Source of the DNA: a virus
Lineage: Duplodnaviria; Heunggongvirae; Uroviricota; Caudoviricetes
Strand: one strand, 5' to 3'
IMG/VR virus record: IMGVR_UViG_3300032167_007646
DNA: 64,000 bases
The position numbers were made by a program, and so were the translations under genes. The stretch's first letter is position 1; every line of letters begins with the position of its first letter. The notes beneath the pieces were generated by a model. That model saw only the letters and a program-made list of their open reading frames with translations, made no database searches and was not told where the DNA came from. Positions 1-9,570 of the stretch are shown one piece after another.

Positions 1-735
1 TTATTGGACTTTTTTGTAACAATTACTCATCATACCCTGAACTGCATTAGCCCAGCTTGTATAAGTTCCTGGACAATAAACCTTACCTATATTAGTAATG
101 CTTTTGCCATAGTATATTGATTTATTCATAAGTTTACCAAAGTATTGTATATTAGCGTCTGGACTTTCAAAAGCCATCCAACCACTACTACCTTTCATAC
201 CATAAAAGTTATTAGTGTTTGCTCTATATTTACCATACCCTGATTCATGGAATGCTACACTTATAGCAAAAACGCCATTAACACCATAAGTTTGTTCCAT
301 ATTAAAATAACTCTGCCCGCAACCTGCAAGCGCTGTTCCCTCTAATATCTTATTATACTGTTCAACAGTAAGTCCAGTCTTTACAAAAGGATTATATGTA
401 TCACCTACTAAAGCCCTTTGAGAAGCTAATTCCTCTTGTTTGCGCTTTTCTTCTTCTTGTCTAAGTCTTTCTTCCTCTAACCTTTTCTCTTGCTCTGCTA
501 TATACTCATTACTTGCATTTGATATAGCACTTTGAGCAGTAGTCTCTATATTATCTAATTCAGATAAAGAGAACACAACTCTTGCCTCAACATCTTCTAA
601 TGTCATAGAATCAGCATAAACTAACTGATTTATCATATCAGAAGAAACATTATAATCCTCTGTTGTTATAGATACATTAGCCAATAAACAAGGAATTAAA
701 AATGCTAATGAAGCAAAAACAATTTTTTTCTTCAT
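1..735 (-). CDS. Secreted cell-wall hydrolase, GH73 N-acetylglucosaminidase-like (FlgJ/Acm type); signal peptide starts at internal Met (MKKKIVFASLAFL...). The track ORF reaches 789 via a GTG.
   Basis: C-terminal 'AISVAFHESGYGKYRANTNNFYGMKG' resembles the GH73 ESGWG...NN.FGIK motif. N-terminal hydrophobic signal. Stop codon at 1-3. Confidence 0.55.
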   Translation of the reverse strand: MKKKIVFASLAFLIPCLLANVSITTEDYNVSSDMINQLVYADSMTLEDVEARVVFSLSELDNIETTAQSAISNASNEYIAEQEKRLEEERLRQEEEKRKQEELASQRALVGDTYNPFVKTGLTVEQYNKILEGTALAGCGQSYFNMEQTYGVNGVFAISVAFHESGYGKYRANTNNFYGMKGSSGWMAFESPDANIQYFGKLMNKSIYYGKSITNIGKVYCPGTYTSWANAVQGMMSNCYKKVQ

Positions 736-920
736 AGATATCAATACCCCTACTTTCAAATTAGTTTTCAGCGTTATTACACTTAACACGAATAAATCTA
801 ATTAGAAAGGAACATTATAAATATTATATCATAAAATTTATAAAAAATCAATACCCATATGCCAAATTTTTATAGACATATGGGTATTTTATAACTTTTT
901 ACTATTAAATCAATAAAAAT

Positions 921-1577
921 TTAATCTTTTTTTCTATTTTTTGACCTATATTCTTCTTTTAATTTATTTCCCTCTTTTTCCAAATCAAAGAAATCCAAGT
1001 TTTCATTTAAACATTTATAAGTTTCATAATTTGATATAATAAGACTATTCTTTAAATTCCTATCATACCACATTTTCTTTTCTTTTTTCAATTCCCTTAT
1101 TTCTGATTGTAATTCTTTTTGTTTTTTTACACTTTGAGCGTCTTTATATTTACACATTTTATAAAACATACTTCTTATCATACTTTCTTTAAGCATTATT
1201 TGAGTATCTTTATCCAAATTCTGTTTTTTACAATTTCTTTTACTTACAAGTTGTTCCCCTACAATAATTCCAACTATTTTAGGTATATACAAAGACCAAT
1301 CTTCTACTTTATCATATAATTCTTCTGATACAACAAGATAATTATAATTTCCATACCAAGATTTCTTCGCTTTTGACTTCAAATCTTCCATAGTTACTTT
1401 TATCTCATAACACTTAATTATACCTTTTGAATCCATAGTCATAAAATCTACAATTTCATTTCCTCTTCCACCATTATGAAAACCTATTGTTATTTCTTCA
1501 CAACCATAGATTCTTTTTTCTCTTGTCTGTTTTATAAGAGCATTTTCAAGTATTATTGTTTCTTTTCTTTTAGCCAT
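921..1577 (-). CDS. Hypothetical protein, possibly a PD-(D/E)xK-fold nuclease
   Basis: 218-aa ORF. 'EIVDFMT...CYEIKV' resembles a D...E.K nuclease core. Weak call. Confidence 0.3.
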   Translation of the reverse strand: MAKRKETIILENALIKQTREKRIYGCEEITIGFHNGGRGNEIVDFMTMDSKGIIKCYEIKVTMEDLKSKAKKSWYGNYNYLVVSEELYDKVEDWSLYIPKIVGIIVGEQLVSKRNCKKQNLDKDTQIMLKESMIRSMFYKMCKYKDAQSVKKQKELQSEIRELKKEKKMWYDRNLKNSLIISNYETYKCLNENLDFFDLEKEGNKLKEEYRSKNRKKD

Positions 1578-1578
1578 A

Positions 1579-2682
1579 TTACAAAATATTTGTATTCTCA
1601 GCTAACTGACGATTTTTAAATCTACCATCTTCAGTTACTTCACGAACTACTTTTATTTCTGGTGGTAATACTACTTTTTGAGTCTCACTTGCCAACTCTA
1701 CTTCTACAATCGCATTTTTATTCCAAAATGGATAAACATCTAATTCTATGTAACTATTTTCATAAACAAAACAATACCTGTCTTTTCTTACCTGTTTTAA
1801 ATTAGTATCTGCTTCCATCATATAATCAAGATATTCTTCTTTACTTATCTTTTTCTCTGATTCTACACGACTTAATTCAGTTACTTTTCTTTTTTCAGTA
1901 TAGAAATAAGAATAACTACCATTTGTTCCTCTTTGTCTTATTCTTCTTTCACAATCATCTAAACTTTCAAGGTATGTTTGAATAATATTCAATTTTGTAA
2001 CAGAATACAAACTACAAAGTTCTTCAATATTAGGCATTTCTACTAAATACTTTCTTTCTATCTCTGTAGGAATAGGCTCACCTAAAAGACTATAAATTTC
2101 ATTTATCAATCTATCTATTTTTTCTTCAAAATCTGTACTATTATCAATTATTCTTAAATGAGGATGCCCTGTCCAAGCCTTTATTACTTTTTTATCTACA
2201 TCTCTTGCTTGTGCAGGTGTTTCACTACGAGCAGCATTATTACCTAATGTATAAAACATTTCTACACCATCTGCTGCTGTTTTCAAATGAAAAATACCAT
2301 CATAATTATCTCTTATCTCTGTTTCAGATAATTCAAAATATTTTAACATTTCATTAAACTCTTTTTTTGTCATAAAGGCTTTTGAGTCCATTATACCTCT
2401 ATCCAAAAGAATAACAACATCTCTATCTTTAATTTCTTTTGCAGCTTCTAAATATATTTTTTCTTTACTTAACTGACTTTCAAATATAGCCTTTTGAAAA
2501 GCCATAACACCTAACTCCTCAGGTTTTATACCACCTGTCTTTAATTCTGTAGCAGTTTCAGGAATTACAAATACTTTATAACCTCTACCTGTTAGAGAAT
2601 CTTCAACACGAGATAAACCTGTACTCTTACCACCACAAGGTCCACCTGTTAAAACTATTTTATAAATAGCCACTTCTATCAA
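1579..2682 (-). CDS. P-loop NTPase (AAA_28/NadR-kinase-like) fused to a C-terminal CYTH (triphosphate tunnel metalloenzyme) domain
   Basis: Walker A 'LTGGPCGGKST'. C-terminal half opens with the CYTH signature 'EIERKYLV'. Confidence 0.6.
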   Translation of the reverse strand: MIEVAIYKIVLTGGPCGGKSTGLSRVEDSLTGRGYKVFVIPETATELKTGGIKPEELGVMAFQKAIFESQLSKEKIYLEAAKEIKDRDVVILLDRGIMDSKAFMTKKEFNEMLKYFELSETEIRDNYDGIFHLKTAADGVEMFYTLGNNAARSETPAQARDVDKKVIKAWTGHPHLRIIDNSTDFEEKIDRLINEIYSLLGEPIPTEIERKYLVEMPNIEELCSLYSVTKLNIIQTYLESLDDCERRIRQRGTNGSYSYFYTEKRKVTELSRVESEKKISKEEYLDYMMEADTNLKQVRKDRYCFVYENSYIELDVYPFWNKNAIVEVELASETQKVVLPPEIKVVREVTEDGRFKNRQLAENTNIL

Positions 2683-2882
2683 TCTCCTTTTTTATTTTTA
2701 TTTAATTTTGTTCTATATGATAATCCTGTTCCTGGTATTCCTACATTACCCATTATATCTCCATCTGGTTCAATAGAAACACTTGCACCTTTCTTACCTA
2801 TAGACAAACCTACACCACTTTTACTTAAATTCAAACTAACACCTTTAAACAATTTAATTTTCTTCTGAAATCTGAGTCCCAT
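2679..2882 (-). CDS. DUF4236-like small protein; start moved to MGLRFQKK
   Basis: 'MGLRFQKKIKLFKGVSLNLSKSGVGLSIGKKGASVS...GIPGTGLSYR' matches the DUF4236 pattern. Confidence 0.4.
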   Translation of the reverse strand: MGLRFQKKIKLFKGVSLNLSKSGVGLSIGKKGASVSIEPDGDIMGNVGIPGTGLSYRTKLNKNKKGD

Positions 2883-4080
2883 TATCATCATCCTCCACAA
2901 AAACAAACCCTACTTTTTCCTCATTACAATGCTCACTTATACTTGCAAATAATTTTTCAGTAAAATCCTTAAAATCTTTTGTATGTAAATCATAATAATA
3001 ATATCTGCCATCTGGCAATTTATGAAAACGCTTTAATGAATTACCTGTATGCATATTATAACTTTCTAAATATTCCTCTTCTGTTTCAAAGAAATCAATA
3101 TTTGCACAAGTAGATTCCTTTAATATCTTAAATGCTTCACTATGATTTGATTCAAATATATCATAAAGCATTTGAACTACTGCTAAAAAAATAGTCCTAC
3201 CATTTACGATTTCACTCTTACTTTTTGACATAAATTTACCATATTTTTGTAAATCCATCATAACAGAACCTATACAAATATACCTTAAATTACGTAAACT
3301 TGATTTATTATCTAAACAATAAAATCTATCAAATTTCATACCTTCTGGTATTGAAGACTTCATATAATAACCTATCTTATTTTTATAATGTAAGATATAT
3401 TCAAGAATTGCATCAAAGTTAACACTTCTTTTTCTTTTCTTCTTACTTGAAACAATAGGTGCTGGTGGGTTCATATAATGATGATAACAAACCTGTGCAT
3501 AAAAGTCATCTTTACCTACTACATCTCCAATATCAACTTCATCACCACTATAAATAGCATAACCATCTACTACCCTTAAGTTCATTGTTGCTTTATTATT
3601 ACAGTACTTACAAATTGTTTTTATTTCTTGAATACTATGAGCATAATATATAAGAGCCTTTGTTCCTGTAAATAATTCACCCTCTGTATATCTATTCTTT
3701 AATCCATAACAAAGAACAGATATACCTAATTTATCTACAACTTCTGCTAACTGTTTTACTTGTTCTTCTGTTAAAAATTGTGCTTCATCGATTAAAACAG
3801 CAGAAAAACCTTTTGAAAACTCTCTTTGTGTTTCTAAATTTTTTATTCTTACAAACTCAAATAAATTTTCTTCCTCATTAACCAAAAAACAATCTAATGG
3901 TTTTTCTATTGCTCTACTTACAATCTGTCCTTTACCATCTTCTCCATTCCAACGGGTATCAGAAGATGGCTTTAAACAAAGAATTCTTCTACCCTGTGAT
4001 TTATAATTATGTGCAACCATCAATAAATTTGCTGTCTTCGAAGAATTCATTGTACCATAATTAAAATATAATTTACCCAT
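2854..4080 (-). CDS. tdk: Thymidine kinase with an uncharacterised ~210-aa C-terminal extension
   Basis: N-terminal ~195 aa align to Tdk: P-loop 'GTMNSSKTANLL', 'VLIDEAQFL', 'VLCYGL', and Zn-lasso cysteines 'CKYCNNKATMNLR'. The remaining ~210 aa have no recognisable motif. Confidence 0.8.
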   Translation of the reverse strand: MGKLYFNYGTMNSSKTANLLMVAHNYKSQGRRILCLKPSSDTRWNGEDGKGQIVSRAIEKPLDCFLVNEEENLFEFVRIKNLETQREFSKGFSAVLIDEAQFLTEEQVKQLAEVVDKLGISVLCYGLKNRYTEGELFTGTKALIYYAHSIQEIKTICKYCNNKATMNLRVVDGYAIYSGDEVDIGDVVGKDDFYAQVCYHHYMNPPAPIVSSKKKRKRSVNFDAILEYILHYKNKIGYYMKSSIPEGMKFDRFYCLDNKSSLRNLRYICIGSVMMDLQKYGKFMSKSKSEIVNGRTIFLAVVQMLYDIFESNHSEAFKILKESTCANIDFFETEEEYLESYNMHTGNSLKRFHKLPDGRYYYYDLHTKDFKDFTEKLFASISEHCNEEKVGFVFVEDDDNGTQISEEN

Positions 4081-4171
4081 TTTATTTATTCTCCTATAAC
4101 AAAAAATTAGAGGGGTTTATTAAGGTATACCAATAATAAACCCTAATAAAACCCCTCCTATAAACTAAAAA

Positions 4172-5206
4172 TTATTTCTCAAGTTCTCTTGCTCTCTTAA
4201 CAAGATAATCATAAACAACCCTTTGAGTTGCAGGAGTAATTTTTGTAAATTCAATAGCAAGTTCTCTATATGTATCTGCACCAATTACACTTGATACTGC
4301 TGAATTATTGATTGCAACCTTAGAATAATAATGCTTTAATTCATATCTACCCATTTCATCTACTTTTACAGTAGGTGAACCCAAATCATCACAATTCATA
4401 CAAAGTGTATAACCATCATGATAATTAATTCTTGAACGAGTGATACCAATAATATCACCATTATCAATCAGTTTATCAATAGCACTTGCATTGATTACTG
4501 CATTACCATCACTATCAAGAGAAGCACAATTTAAAAGTTTTACTCCATTACGAAGATAGAAAATATCACGATAAGCCAAACGATAAACACTACCCTCATT
4601 CATAAGAATTTCAATAACATCAAAATCAGAACTTACACAACTAATCATATCACGAAGGAGAGAAACTTTTTTACCTTCTTTAACTGTCTCAACTTTTTCA
4701 GATACTTCTGATTTCTTTGTCTGTGTAGTATTATCTACAACCTTATGTTCTTTTGCATAAGCAGTTGCTTCCTTACCAAAAAGAAATCCACCATTTTTAA
4801 CTTCTGATTTATCTACACCAAATTCTTTCAAAATGGCTTCCAAATCCATACTTTTAAATGTGTCAGCGAATTTCTTTGCAATTTTATCACGAGCACTTAC
4901 GTGGTCAAACTCATATACACCATCAAAAGGTGTTCCACGAAGTCCTAAATAAGACTTTGCTTCTTCCTGCTTTTCACCATAACCTCTATATCTTCTAATA
5001 AGTTCAATACCATCTCTAATTTCTTCTTCAGACTTAAGACCAAATTCTTTCATAGCCTTTTCTTTTTGCTTATCTGTATAAAAGGCAGGGTCAGTGTAAT
5101 TCAAAGCAATCTCACCACGAACACCTGTTGCCTCAAAATAATACAGACCATTATCTGCAATATCATCTTTTTCTCGAATACCTAAATATGCCATTCCAAT
5201 CACCAT
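4172..5206 (-). CDS. Hypothetical protein
   Basis: 344-aa ORF, compact spacing. A consensus promoter sits upstream at 5271-5299. Confidence 0.4.
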   Translation of the reverse strand: MVIGMAYLGIREKDDIADNGLYYFEATGVRGEIALNYTDPAFYTDKQKEKAMKEFGLKSEEEIRDGIELIRRYRGYGEKQEEAKSYLGLRGTPFDGVYEFDHVSARDKIAKKFADTFKSMDLEAILKEFGVDKSEVKNGGFLFGKEATAYAKEHKVVDNTTQTKKSEVSEKVETVKEGKKVSLLRDMISCVSSDFDVIEILMNEGSVYRLAYRDIFYLRNGVKLLNCASLDSDGNAVINASAIDKLIDNGDIIGITRSRINYHDGYTLCMNCDDLGSPTVKVDEMGRYELKHYYSKVAINNSAVSSVIGADTYRELAIEFTKITPATQRVVYDYLVKRARELEK

Positions 5207-5270
5207 TCACCTTTCCATAAATAGTATTTTTGTATTCAATATTTTTACATCATTTCTATCTTGTCATTTA

Positions 5271-5299
5271 ATTATATCATAAAAATAATCTTTTGTCAA
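5271..5299 (-). promoter_or_regulatory. Promoter TTGACA-N17-TATAAT for 4172-5206
   Basis: Minus-strand TTGACA at 5294-5299 and TATAAT at 5271-5276. Confidence 0.6.
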
Positions 5300-5348
5300 C
5301 ACACATAATGAAAAATATTAAATATTTTTGTAACTTTTTCTTAATAAA

Positions 5349-6041
5349 TCAAACAATTTTTATAATTGAATCATATAGACAAGTATGTTTTTCATCTATA
5401 TTTAAGTCTTCATGATAATGTCCAAAATACCAATGTTTATATTTTATATCTTGTTCTATAAAATGAAAATATTGTGTTAGACTATCTTGTTCATACCAAC
5501 TTCTAATCCTCATTTGAATACCTGTACCACAACAATGACTTATTACAAAATCTATTTCATTATTATGCTTTTGAAGATTATCTAAACCATAATTCATTTC
5601 ATTTAATGTAGGCATTTCTTCAGACCACCAAGAAACATTTTCTATTCTATGTTCTTTATCATGACTTGAAGCCCCACCAAAACAATAAAACTTTTTATCT
5701 CCTATGGTATAAACTTCACCACGCTTTAAATGGTAAACACTATCACATACTTTACCAACTTTACTACCAAACATTTCTACTTTTGGTAGTTCATTAAGCA
5801 TTTTATGATTTTCATGATTCCCATCTACAAACAATGTTGTAAATGGTTTTTCTCTAAACCACTTTTGCCAATACAAATCCTCTTTATAACACTTACTATC
5901 CTTTTGATACCACACACAACCAAAATCACCACAAACAATAAGATAATCATTTTTTGTTAATTCTTTTTGTTGAGGAAAATTTTTTGTATTTAATTTATGA
6001 ATATCCACAGGACAATGAGTATCACCTGTCACATAAATCAT
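5349..6041 (-). CDS. Calcineurin-like metallophosphoesterase
   Basis: Motifs 'VTGDTH', 'CGDFG', 'GNHE' and 'GHYH' are present. Confidence 0.7.
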   Translation of the reverse strand: MIYVTGDTHCPVDIHKLNTKNFPQQKELTKNDYLIVCGDFGCVWYQKDSKCYKEDLYWQKWFREKPFTTLFVDGNHENHKMLNELPKVEMFGSKVGKVCDSVYHLKRGEVYTIGDKKFYCFGGASSHDKEHRIENVSWWSEEMPTLNEMNYGLDNLQKHNNEIDFVISHCCGTGIQMRIRSWYEQDSLTQYFHFIEQDIKYKHWYFGHYHEDLNIDEKHTCLYDSIIKIV

Positions 6042-6053
6042 TATATCACAACC

Positions 6054-6458
6054 TTAAACTTTTTCCCAATATCCATATAAACTATACTCACCACAATTCC
6101 AAGTATCATAATAAAAACCATCTACTACTGTTACTATATGATGAGCTAAACGCAAAACAAAAGTACCGTCTCTATGTGTATTTGCAAAAGATTTAACAGT
6201 AGGTCTTTTTGTACCTTTTTTATTACTAATACCTTGATACTTAAATTTCTTTACTTCTTCTAAATATTTTTCATAACAAGGTCTGCAATTAAAAGGTACT
6301 TGCATTTCCCTACTGATAGGCTGCATTTCATCAAATACTTCTAACCATTCCATATTCAATGCCTTACATAAACTACGAATTACACAATCACCATATTTAT
6401 CTTTAAGGTCTTTTTTATTAGGTTGAAAATAAACATAACCTGTAACTTTTTTACCCAT
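6054..6458 (-). CDS. Hypothetical protein
   Basis: 134-aa ORF with Cys/His content. Lies between well-supported genes. Confidence 0.35.
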   Translation of the reverse strand: MGKKVTGYVYFQPNKKDLKDKYGDCVIRSLCKALNMEWLEVFDEMQPISREMQVPFNCRPCYEKYLEEVKKFKYQGISNKKGTKRPTVKSFANTHRDGTFVLRLAHHIVTVVDGFYYDTWNCGEYSLYGYWEKV

Positions 6459-6469
6459 AATAACACTCC

Positions 6470-7621
6470 TTAAATGCTATTTTTAGTATAATCCAAAAAG
6501 TTTATATCAAATACAAAAGGTCTCAAAGGTATAAAATCTTCCTTAGTATCCACATTAAATGATAACTCAAATTTTGGAAAAACTGTACAAGGAACTTTAA
6601 TACAAAACATCTTTGAACTGTTCTTTTCAATAATATTAGTATCTGTTCCTACTTTTACAACTTCTTCATTTATATTAACACCATTAGTTGAAATATTATA
6701 AGATAATTCCTTAAAAATCTTTTCTAAATGAGAACACTTTAATATTCCACTAAACTCATTACCATTAAGAATACCTGTTAATTTACGACCATAATATTCT
6801 TTAAGTTCTTCATTATTAGTAAAATCTATATGCTCAAAGTCCACATAGTTAAAAGAACACTCTTTTTCAGGTTTTACAGATACTTCATTAATATAAATAT
6901 CACTATTCAAACCATTATTAACTGTAAAATAAAAATACAAGTTTCCTTCAGATACTACAGTTCTTTCTACTTTTAATGAAACACACAATTGTTCTCTTTC
7001 AATATTTCTTCCAAGTGACTTATAAAAATTCATAAATTCATTCTTAAATATCTCGCTATCTCTACCACCGTAAAGTTTTTCATTATTCAAATCAACTTTA
7101 TGAATACAAGATGCATAAACATTTAAGTATGCCTGCTTTGAAACATACTCAAAAGAACTATCATTTGGAACAACAGAATATACATTATTATTTTCCACTG
7201 TGTTTATAACATTTTCACAAAAACCTGTAAAAAATACTGTAGAGCCTAAAGATACAAAACCTACATATTTAGGTATATGCAACTTCATAAGAACGCAATA
7301 TTTCTTAATTTCTCCATTTTGAGATTTATAAAAATGCTTAAACCCTATTCCTGTTCCTTTTCTTTCCAACCCACAATAAACTGCCACCCAAGTTGTAAGA
7401 AAGTTTTCACCATTCATACAAATAGGCTCTGTCATAACAACACCATAACCACTTACTGTTTCTTTTTTAAATCCCCTATAGTCTTTTTTATGCATTAGCC
7501 TATTCAAAAGACCTTCAGGAGAAGAAAAAGATAAACTTCTTAAAATGTCATAACCATACATTATATCAGAGTCTACCATATCAAGTAAGCCAACTTTACA
7601 ATTACCATTAACGACTCCCAT
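6470..7621 (-). CDS. Hypothetical protein
   Basis: 383-aa ORF. RBS AAGGAGG and a consensus promoter (7661-7689) lie directly upstream. Confidence 0.45.
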   Translation of the reverse strand: MGVVNGNCKVGLLDMVDSDIMYGYDILRSLSFSSPEGLLNRLMHKKDYRGFKKETVSGYGVVMTEPICMNGENFLTTWVAVYCGLERKGTGIGFKHFYKSQNGEIKKYCVLMKLHIPKYVGFVSLGSTVFFTGFCENVINTVENNNVYSVVPNDSSFEYVSKQAYLNVYASCIHKVDLNNEKLYGGRDSEIFKNEFMNFYKSLGRNIEREQLCVSLKVERTVVSEGNLYFYFTVNNGLNSDIYINEVSVKPEKECSFNYVDFEHIDFTNNEELKEYYGRKLTGILNGNEFSGILKCSHLEKIFKELSYNISTNGVNINEEVVKVGTDTNIIEKNSSKMFCIKVPCTVFPKFELSFNVDTKEDFIPLRPFVFDINFLDYTKNSI

Positions 7622-7660
7622 CTTATCAGCCTCCTTATATTTTTTACTTGATTATCATAT

Positions 7661-7689
7661 ATTATAACATAATATCTAAATATTGTCAA
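7661..7689 (-). promoter_or_regulatory. Promoter TTGACA-N17-TATAAT (TGn-extended) for 6470-7621
   Basis: Minus-strand TTGACA at 7684-7689 and TATAAT at 7661-7666. RBS AAGGAGG follows. Confidence 0.6.
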
Positions 7690-7741
7690 CTATTTTTTAT
7701 AAAAAAATAAGACTAACAAAAAAAGTTAGCCTTATAATTCA

Positions 7742-8050
7742 TTATTTACTTAAAACTCTATCCTTATTTTTTACATTATTAGTATTTTTATATACAGAAC
7801 CACTTACTCTCTTCATTTCCCTCTTTTTTTTCATATATCTAACTAATATAATAGCACAATATATCTCTGAAATTGCAAGAGCAAAAATACCTAAAACGCA
7901 AATAAGAAAAACTGGGACAGTAAGAATTCTAGTATATTTCAAAATACAATACATAAATGCTATACCTAAAATACCTAAAATCATCATTATAGTTGCAAAC
8001 TTACCTACTGTCATAAACTTTTTAATTTTTTCAAAAATACTTTTCATCAT
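7742..8050 (-). CDS. Small membrane protein (2 TM helices)
   Basis: Hydrophobic 102-aa ORF on the gene-bearing strand. Confidence 0.35.
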   Translation of the reverse strand: MMKSIFEKIKKFMTVGKFATIMMILGILGIAFMYCILKYTRILTVPVFLICVLGIFALAISEIYCAIILVRYMKKKREMKRVSGSVYKNTNNVKNKDRVLSK

Positions 8051-8075
8051 TAACCACCAATCTTAAGTTATTGTA

Positions 8076-8489
8076 TTATTTTACACCCCAAAGTGTATTT
8101 ACTTTATCCATATTTGTCTTACAAGTTGAAACCATATTTTTCAAATCATCTAATATAGGTGAAACTTCAAACATAATTGCTTCAACAGTAGAATTATTTT
8201 CAATTAATTCTTCTACTTTCATTTGACGACCTGTTATTGCTTCACTAATCTCATTCTGATAATCTTTACTTTCATCTGCTATAAAAGGATTAAGAGTCAT
8301 TCTATAAGTTGAAAAAATAGTACCTAAACACTTCTTTCTCTTCTCAACCTTTTCATTCATATCTAAACAAACCTTATAATTTGTTTCTAACTTATTAAAA
8401 AGTAATTTACTCTGAACCTCTAATTCATGATTCTTACCTTTTTTACCCCCATAAACCTTTGTCATCTTTTGACCATTCTTCTTCACCAT
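8076..8489 (-). CDS. Hypothetical protein
   Basis: 137-aa ORF. Its start overlaps the 3' end of the methyltransferase gene. Confidence 0.3.
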   Translation of the reverse strand: MVKKNGQKMTKVYGGKKGKNHELEVQSKLLFNKLETNYKVCLDMNEKVEKRKKCLGTIFSTYRMTLNPFIADESKDYQNEISEAITGRQMKVEELIENNSTVEAIMFEVSPILDDLKNMVSTCKTNMDKVNTLWGVK

Positions 8490-9276
8490 TCAGCACTCCT
8501 ATCTCTTTTTCTATTCTTTCAACTATAATATTATAATACTTTTCATCCAATTCAAAACCTATGTAATTTCTACCTGTTCTCATACAAGCAATAGCCGTTG
8601 TGCCACTACCCATACAATTATCTAAAACTACTTCACCCTCATTGCTATATGTTTTTATTAAATATTCGCATAAAGCAATAGGTTTTTGAGTAGGATGTAA
8701 TTTATCTTTATCACGATTAAACTTTATTAAATTCTTTGGAAATCTCTCTCCTTTATTTTCTGTTAAATAACCATGACAATTTTCTCTACCACTTTTTCCA
8801 CCTGCACGAACAACTGCACTATTTTCTTTTTGCTTACCACTTCTTGTTGTATAAGGTTTACCCTCTGACATTTGTGGATTATATATAAGATTTTCACCAT
8901 TTTTTACAAATGAAGTAGCACCTGTACCAAAGACACAAATATCCTCAGTTATTTTTAAAGGACAATAATGACTATTCATAAAATTTGTACCATTATCTTT
9001 TTCCCATACCCAATTATACTTCCACATATCTATATTAGAATTAATTAACAGAGAAGTAAAAGGTTGTTGTGAAAATAATACAATAGCACGATTTGGTTTG
9101 ATAATACGCTTGTATTCTTGCCACAACAAGTCCATAGGTAACTTCTTATCCCAACTTGATGCACTTGTTCCATAAGGCAAATCACAAAGAATCATATCTA
9201 TACTATTATCAGGTATTCTCTTCATACCTATTAAACAATCTTCATTGAAAACCATATTCATCAAAATTATCACCAC
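8443..9276 (-). CDS. DNA methyltransferase, N4-cytosine/N6-adenine family, beta class (orphan; no restriction enzyme partner seen)
   Basis: Motif IV 'LCDLPYGT' precedes motif I 'LDNCMGSGTTAIAC'. The order IV then I indicates the beta class. Confidence 0.75.
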   Translation of the reverse strand: MVIILMNMVFNEDCLIGMKRIPDNSIDMILCDLPYGTSASSWDKKLPMDLLWQEYKRIIKPNRAIVLFSQQPFTSLLINSNIDMWKYNWVWEKDNGTNFMNSHYCPLKITEDICVFGTGATSFVKNGENLIYNPQMSEGKPYTTRSGKQKENSAVVRAGGKSGRENCHGYLTENKGERFPKNLIKFNRDKDKLHPTQKPIALCEYLIKTYSNEGEVVLDNCMGSGTTAIACMRTGRNYIGFELDEKYYNIIVERIEKEIGVLNGEEEWSKDDKGLWG

Positions 9277-9331
9277 CTATGTCTTTATAAAATAAACAGT
9301 AATCATTTATGTCCAAATACATAACAACTGT

Positions 9332-9559
9332 TTAATTAAAAACATAAATAGCATCAAAGTTTTCTTTATAAAAATCATTTTCTATATTTGCAGATTGACA
9401 AAAACTCAAATTTAAAAAACCTAAATCCTCATAAATTTCCAACAATTTATCTTGCAATTCACCAAAACTTGTATCTGAACAAACAACAAGAACTTCTTTA
9501 TTAACCAACAAATCGTCTACAATATTTTCTAATTGGTCTATATATTTTTCCCAATCCAT
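9332..9559 (-). CDS. Small acidic hypothetical protein
   Basis: 75-aa ORF. Confidence 0.3.
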   Translation of the reverse strand: MDWEKYIDQLENIVDDLLVNKEVLVVCSDTSFGELQDKLLEIYEDLGFLNLSFCQSANIENDFYKENFDAIYVFN

Positions 9560-9570
9560 AAAAACACTCC

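Noticed and set aside
1119-1319. Plus-strand ORFs throughout the track (1119-1319, 5954-6196, 7277-7498, 7683-8066, 11186-11413, 11731-11961, 18599-18799, 22415-24277, 26569-28046, 30157-30351, 31018-31952, 39387-40123, 44905-45087, 46857-47618, 50181-50438, 57310-57513, 59190-59429)
   Set aside because: All lie antisense inside well-supported minus-strand genes. They have low-complexity L/F/Y/H-rich translations typical of AT-rich shadow ORFs. None has an RBS or a promoter.
8443-9276. Looked for a cognate restriction endonuclease next to either methyltransferase
   Set aside because: No nuclease-like ORF is adjacent. Both methyltransferases appear orphan, as is common for phage anti-restriction methylation.
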